From NCBI RefSeq assembly GCF_001194135.2, contig NC_068996.1:54211932-54271331 (forward strand): DNA of 59,400 nucleotides, read 5' to 3'. This document shows positions 53,064 through 59,400 of this stretch, one piece after another. Each line of letters opens with the position of its first letter. Position 1 is the first letter of the stretch. The DNA is from Octopus bimaculoides (taxonomy: Eukaryota). The position numbers and the translations under genes are program-made. The notes under the pieces were generated by a model. The model was not told where the DNA came from. It worked only from the letters and a program-made list of their open reading frames with translations, and made no database searches.

Positions 53064-53301
53064 CTAGAAAGATATTTAAAGCAGTTATAAATTAAGCTAT
53101 TTCCGTAGTGGATAGGTCAATTTTGTATATTTGTGCATTTGACGGCTCATCCTCAGTTTAAAAATATATGCTTTGTGAGATACTTAGCATGAATCAGAAA
53201 GAATCAGAAAGACAGAAACAAATCAATTCAAGTACATTTCTGAGCCCAGAAATATTTGGAATATTTTCCTTATTTCATCAACCCAGAAAAATCAATATTT
53301 T

Positions 53302-53403
<102 letters not shown>

Positions 53404-53489
53404 TTTAGCTGAGAGTCAACTGGAAACAGCTCGATCGCATACAAACACACTGACATGCAGAAATAGATATACACATACACATACAGCTA

Positions 53490-53960
53490 GATCGGGTATT
53501 GATTGGGGTATGCACCGTTGCAGCGCGTCGGCGTATTCACCATTTGTCGATATTTTCTCGGGTTGTCCCTGTTAACCGACCAAGCAGTGTCCCAGTCTGT
53601 CTCCATCTCTGCGAGATATTTGCCCATCCGCTTCGACCCCGTGACATGTGGCCGATCAACACGAGCTGTCACCTCAGTAGGATCCTCAGAGAACAGAGCA
53701 TTCTATTTCCAGCTCGGAAAATCGAGTAACATGACCAAACAGTCTTATGCGAACGCCCCAGTTTCTGAGTAGAATCGTTGGTTCGGTTATGAAATCCGAT
53801 CAAAGATAACCCGTAATCCTGCGAAGAGTACTGTTACCAAGGGAGCTCGGGTTACTCCTAATGGCTCCAAGTCTCACAACTAAAGAGCCAGACAGTAAGG
53901 ACCAGAGAACTGAAGACCCGAACGTTTGTCTTCTTGCTCAGATATCGGCGGCGCCAAATA
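53490..53960 (-). mobile_element. RTE-clade LINE 3' end
   Basis: RVFSSLVLTVWLFSCETW resembles LLYGCETW. Also LRRITGY..LFGHVTRF..MGKYLAEM..DTAWSVNRDNPRKYRQMVNTPTRC. Confidence 0.8.
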
Positions 53961-54798
53961 CCCTTGTCTAGTGAATCTAATTTTTGCGTTTGTATGCTTA
54001 TGAGAGTCATCTTGAAGAATGACACCGCTCCCCCATATATATATATATATATATATACAAACCCAAAAAATTAGAAATACTGAACATACAAAATATCACA
54101 CACACACACACATATATAAACACGCACACACACACACATTTAATAGTGAACCCTCGTGCACAATCACACAGACAAAACACGATAAACACGCATATATTTC
54201 ACTTTAAATGTTTGTGTAAAGTTTGTTCTCTTAAAGTATAAAAAAATTTTAAATGTATGGAGATATGAAACTTTTGAATTGAAATTGTTCAAAACCCAAT
54301 ACAATGCAAATTGAAAAATATATGAGTGAAATCGGAAGTGAAGAAGGAAGACCAGCAATTTGCAATTCATCTTATATTTCTATATTTTGAAGTTAATACC
54401 TCTTCATCAAGAGAAAATAAAGGATGAACTTGAACTCGAAACCATACTCTGTTTTCTCCTGATAAAGAGGAATATATAAAGATATTGAATTTAATAGTTC
54501 ATACTTTGTTATTTATTTACAAACAATATGTTAATGTTTTTTCCCAACATTTCTTTCATGTTTTGCTTTCATTCGTGTTTGAATAAGATTGAAGAGTTTA
54601 TACAATGTTTGTAAATATAAACAATTTTACATTGTTTGTAAATATAAACATCGTTAAGACATAATGTTTCTATATGTGCATGCGTTAGTTGTCTAGGTTT
54701 ACGGTTTCGCCGTTTTAAAACCGTTTCTGTTGGTTATGTCCCGCCACGATAAATTAAGCTCAATATAGAATTAATAGAACTAAATACAAGTACTAATG

Positions 54799-54871
<73 letters not shown>

Positions 54872-54960
54872 TGCATTTTGGTAAATCTCAATATTCCGTC
54901 AAACCGTGCGGTTGCTTTAGCTAATTTCACATGTCGATGAATCTGATTATAAGAATGTCA

Positions 54961-55194
54961 AAGGCGGTGAGTTGGCAGAAGCGTTAGCACGCCGGGCGAA
55001 ATGTTTAGTGGTATTTCGTCTGCCGCTACGTTCTGAGTTCAAATTCCGCCGAGGTCGACTTTGCCTTTTATCCTTTCGGGGTCGATTAAATAAGTACCAG
55101 TTACGCACTGGGGTCGATATAATCGACTTAATCCGTTTGTCTGTCCTTCTATGTTCCCTCTGCGTGTAGCCCCTTGAGGGCAGTAAAGAAATAA
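54961..55194 (+). mobile_element. Full-length SINE family A with a 22-bp TSD
   Basis: GAATCTGATTATAAGAATGTCA occurs at 54939-54960 and 55195-55216. Confidence 0.95.
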
Positions 55195-55566
55195 GAATCT
55201 GATTATAAGAATGTCAGCGCACGACTGACACATTATGTATGGAGCACTTTTCGCTAGAAAACACAAATATGCATACACATATATGCTTACAAATAAACAT
55301 ACATGCACGCATACATAGGCAAGTATGCACACACATACAGACATCCCCTGCGTTACGGCTATTCTCAACATACAGGGCTTCGCGTTCACGGAAATTGTAA
55401 AATATGACCATTAATTTCGGGATGCGGTCTGTAATTTTCGCTCTTACGGAAACTCGTATGGCATAGTATAAAACTACACTTTCTTTTTAGCTCAATGGCC
55501 ACATGGGTTTTAGTTAAGATCAAAGTATATCGTTTGCGATTTGAAAAACTATCATTACGTTACACA

Positions 55567-55620
<54 letters not shown>

Positions 55621-55716
55621 CCCAAGTATAACATATGCATATATAAGGTAAATAATGTGAGTNNNNNNNNNNNNNNNNNNNNNNNNNNNNNNNNNNNNNN
55701 NNNNNNNNNNNNNNNN

Positions 55717-55762
<46 letters not shown>

Positions 55763-56816
55763 TATATGAATGAATGTGTGTGTGTATGCATATGTGTTTT
55801 TATCTTCAACCTCCAACACAACCACCAACAGCAATAGTATAGAAGAAAAGAAACAAAAATCCATTTCAATTAAAAATATATAAATGGTATCAATACATTT
55901 TAAAAGTTGAATGAAATGTCTTTAGATCTAAGATCAATGAGGGCTGACTCGTGACTAAACAGCCACAACAATACAATTAGTAAGTACAACATAACTACTA
56001 CTACAACACCAACAATACTTGACCGCTGTCACTAAAATCTAAGCCAATGTAACCCGTTCACTTTTGAATCCAATTGGCTACAACAGATATCAGCATATGT
56101 GTGTGTGTGTATATGTATGTGTTTAAGTCTGAACTCAGAAGTGTAAAGGGGTGAATTGCCTATAAATTGTCTGCTGCCCCTTCAGTTAACAGTAATCATA
56201 ATCCTCTTCTCCAGTCCTTCCCCCTTCTCATCACAGTTTCATTACTACATCAATAGCAATAAGACAATTTTCTACTCTCACAAAGCAAATCTTNNNNNNN
56301 NNNNNNNNNNNNNNNNNNNNNNNNNNNNNNNNNNNNNNNNNNNNNNNNNNNNNNNNNNNNNNNNNNNNNNNNNNNNNNNNNNNNNNNNNNNNNNNNNNNN
56401 NNNNNNNNNNNNNNNNNNNNNNNNNNNNNNNNNNNNNNNNNNNNNNNNNNNNNNNNNNNNNNNNNNNNNNNNNNNNNNNNNNNNNNNNNNNNNNNNNNNN
56501 NNNNNNNNNNNNNNNNNNNNNNNNNNNNNNNNNNNNNNNNNNNNNNNNNNNNNNNNNNNNNNNNNNNNNNNNNNNNNNNNNNNNNNNNNNNNNNNNNNNN
56601 NNNNNNNNNNNNNNNNNNNNNNNNNNNNNNNNNNNNNNNNNNNNNNNNNNNNNNNNNNNNNNNNNNNNNNNNNNNNNNNNNNNNNNNNNNNNNNNNNNNN
56701 NNNNNNNNNNNNNNNNNNNNNNNNNNNNNNNNNNNNNNNNNNNNNNNNNNNNNNNNNNNNNNNNNNNNNNNNNNNNNNNNNNNNNNNNNNNNNNNNNNNN
56801 NNNNNNNNNNNNNNNN

Positions 56817-58352
56817 NCAGCGAGTGTCGGTATAGAGGTTGTTACAATTTATCCTGGATAATTAAAGAAAATGCTTGCTCAAGTGGGTTACACACCTGAG
56901 TAGTTATACTTTTCTGGGAGCGTATACCTGCTAGAACTTTTATTTCTTGAGAAGAAAAATCAAAACCAAGTTTTAAAACTTCGAAAAATCATCTAACATT
57001 TCTTTTGGAAAGAAATGCCACTGGTTATATGAAGTTAAAGTCTCTTTATGAATATCACTCTGAAAATCTAAGAGCTTTCAAAGGTTTCGCAAAGTTCCAT
57101 CTTCCTCTTGTTTAGTGTTTAAATAAGAAGGTATGGATGGCTAAGAGCCTTTTCAAAGAGTGGCTTACAAATAATTTTTGCCTTTCAGTGGAAAGGTACT
57201 AACCCAAATATATTTCCAACAAAACATTGCTTGTTTTAGACATTGTACCGAAGCCACCCAGCAGCAGGCTTAGATGATTTTTTGTTAATGTGAGAATAGA
57301 ATACATTCCCAAGAATACAACTTTTTGGCTCCAGCCAAGGTGTGATAGTTAACTTCAAGGCATATTATATGAGAACTTTCAAACAACTTATGAAAGTAAT
57401 TGATAGGGAAGATAAACCAATAGCTAGAGATTTCTGGATAAAAATTTGTCATAATGGAACTGCGGATAATATAGCTGTGTCACGGGATGAAGCAGAAGCT
57501 TCAACTTTGAGTAATGCTTGTAAAAGTGTATGGCCAGACTGTATCCTTGACATTACAAGTTTTCCTCAAACAGAAAGTCTACATCAAAATATTGGAAAAA
57601 TATTGTGAAACTTACAAAGGATGAAAGAGTTGAAAAATCAAAGAGGATGAAATAACTTGAGTTGCTTGTGTCCCAGAGAAAAAGGTTTATCTAACCAGAA
57701 GTTGATGCTTTTAGACAAAGAACAAACAGAGAATACAGATGAAACAATGGAATTTCCACCTACACACTTAAATTGACTGCAAAAATTATTGCTAAAGGGT
57801 TTTGGCACTCATAGAAGAAGGTCTGCAGGATTTTATTGATAATGAATTGTGAACGGAAAATGCAAATTACTAGAGGAGTTTACAATAAGCTCAGTTCCTT
57901 TACTGAACCGTCATAAACAACAAACAACTTTGGATGTGTTCTTCAACCCTCAAGCTGGCGTCCGTGATAATGAACAATAAGATAGCAAATGTTCTCCCTC
58001 ATCCTCCTAGTAATTCTCATTCTACCACCATCCCTCACTCAGTAGTCAACATCTTTTGTGGTAAGGACGCACTCTTGCGATATTATGATTCTCATTAATC
58101 CCCTAACTTATTCTTCTAAGTGTTTCTGTGTCTTTATGGATTTGTATTGTTATGCGTATATTTAGAAATTATGTTGCTTTTTCTCTGCTTTCTTCTGCTT
58201 TTTATTTATTTATTTTTTCATTAAAGTCTATAAGAAAGCAATCTCACTTGAAAATATGAAAATCAATAGGAAAATGAATTTCGCATTACGGGATTTCGCG
58301 TTACGCCAGATTTTCAGGAACGCATTACATCCGTAAAGCGAGTGGGGTAGTG
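56817..58352 (+). mobile_element. Tigger/pogo (DDE_1) transposon remnant
   Basis: Frameshifted GYTPE..WERIPART..LKSLYEYHSENLRAFK..NKKVWM..FKEW. The 3' end reads cgcattacatccgtaaagcgag. Confidence 0.8.
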
Positions 58353-58696
58353 AAAGGCATTTTACTCAACAATGTGCACGCAATACCTACGTTGGTTGAT
58401 CGTTGTATATATTATCATTGTAAAATAATTATACGGGTTTCTATTATACCCCGGATGTACATTCTTGTGGCGTGTACTGCATTGTATTTTGAAAGAAAAG
58501 AGTAATGCTTTCTTCTAATGTGCATTTGTTTTGTTGTTTCCAATGTTATTTCAGTAACTCGCCGCTTTGTGTTGTATTATTTTGAATTGTTTGTTTTTGT
58601 ATCGGGGGTTAATTGCATAGTATACGTAAAAGTGGACTGAAAGTCAAAATTGACAAACACACGATTCTGAATAGCATCACATACGTGTTTTCTTCC

Positions 58697-58733
<37 letters not shown>

Positions 58734-59054
58734 CTGAACGTAGAATTGCAATCCTTGGTGTAGTTTTTCAATGTTTGGCATCGTTTTTCTATATCTTGTG
58801 TTTTTGTCATATTTTACAGGATATTTACTTTCATATTCTACTTTTTACATAATTCTGCTTCAATTCTTTTGTACTTCAAATGCTTCTTCAAAGTTTTCGT
58901 TGCAAATATTCGGATGTAGAGAGGACCAAGATGTATATCATAGAACTTAATATTTTAGAAAAAATTATAAAGAGCTGTTCCAGTTCTTTATAATTATTTA
59001 TGTACGATTCACCTTGATCTTGTTGTCAATCTGAACAGGCATCCCGTAGATTAT

Positions 59055-59400
59055 AATTATTATTATTATTATTATTACTCAGTAGTTTTATTTTTATAAC
59101 GTGCTTTCACTTCACTACCGAGCGCAGCTCTGTGCGCCTTGGGTATGTGCTGTGGTTTGCTGTGGTGCTCTTATGTTTACTGTATTGAAAGTGTTTTGCG
59201 TAGAATGTGTGCAGTACCCAGTAGTGCAATTTTCTGTATGTTATATATATTTGTAAGTCCTGCTATTTTTGTTATGTATTTGTCTGAATATTTTTTTATT
59301 ATACCTAAGGCACCTACTATGATAGGAATTGTTTCTGTTTTTAGATTCCACATTCGAGTTATCTCTATTTCCAGGTCTTTGTATTTTTGAAAGTTTTTCC
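59055..59400 (-). mobile_element. R4/Dong-type LINE 3' end with (TAA)n tail
   Basis: KYKDLEIEITRMWNLKTETIPIIVGALGIIKK..IQKIALLGTAHILRKTLSIQ*, then a UTR and (TAA)n. Confidence 0.92.

Overview
AT-rich animal genomic DNA from a draft assembly with many N gaps and dense microsatellites. The repeat families look like Octopus or another coleoid cephalopod (inference from recalled repeat consensus). I can support only one host coding exon: a 231-nt internal exon (46060-46290, +) encoding the PAS domain of an ether-a-go-go (eag/KCNH1-5-like) K+ channel. Most of the window is therefore probably eag intron. The rest is transposon debris: R4/Dong-type RLE LINEs beside (TAA)n tracts, Penelope-like elements (PLEs), RTE and CR1-like fragments, mariner, DUF4817-type and Tigger transposons, MITEs, solo LTRs and three SINE families. 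The strongest unannotated signal is a set of type-I hammerhead ribozyme motifs linked to PLE debris. One is fully canonical (48850-48959, -), one is near-intact and sense to eag (43808-43853), and two or three are decayed. Two ~780-bp-period direct-repeat elements sit beside them. Most ORFs in the supplied track are microsatellite or N-gap artefacts. All calls come from manual reading and translation; no database searches were run.
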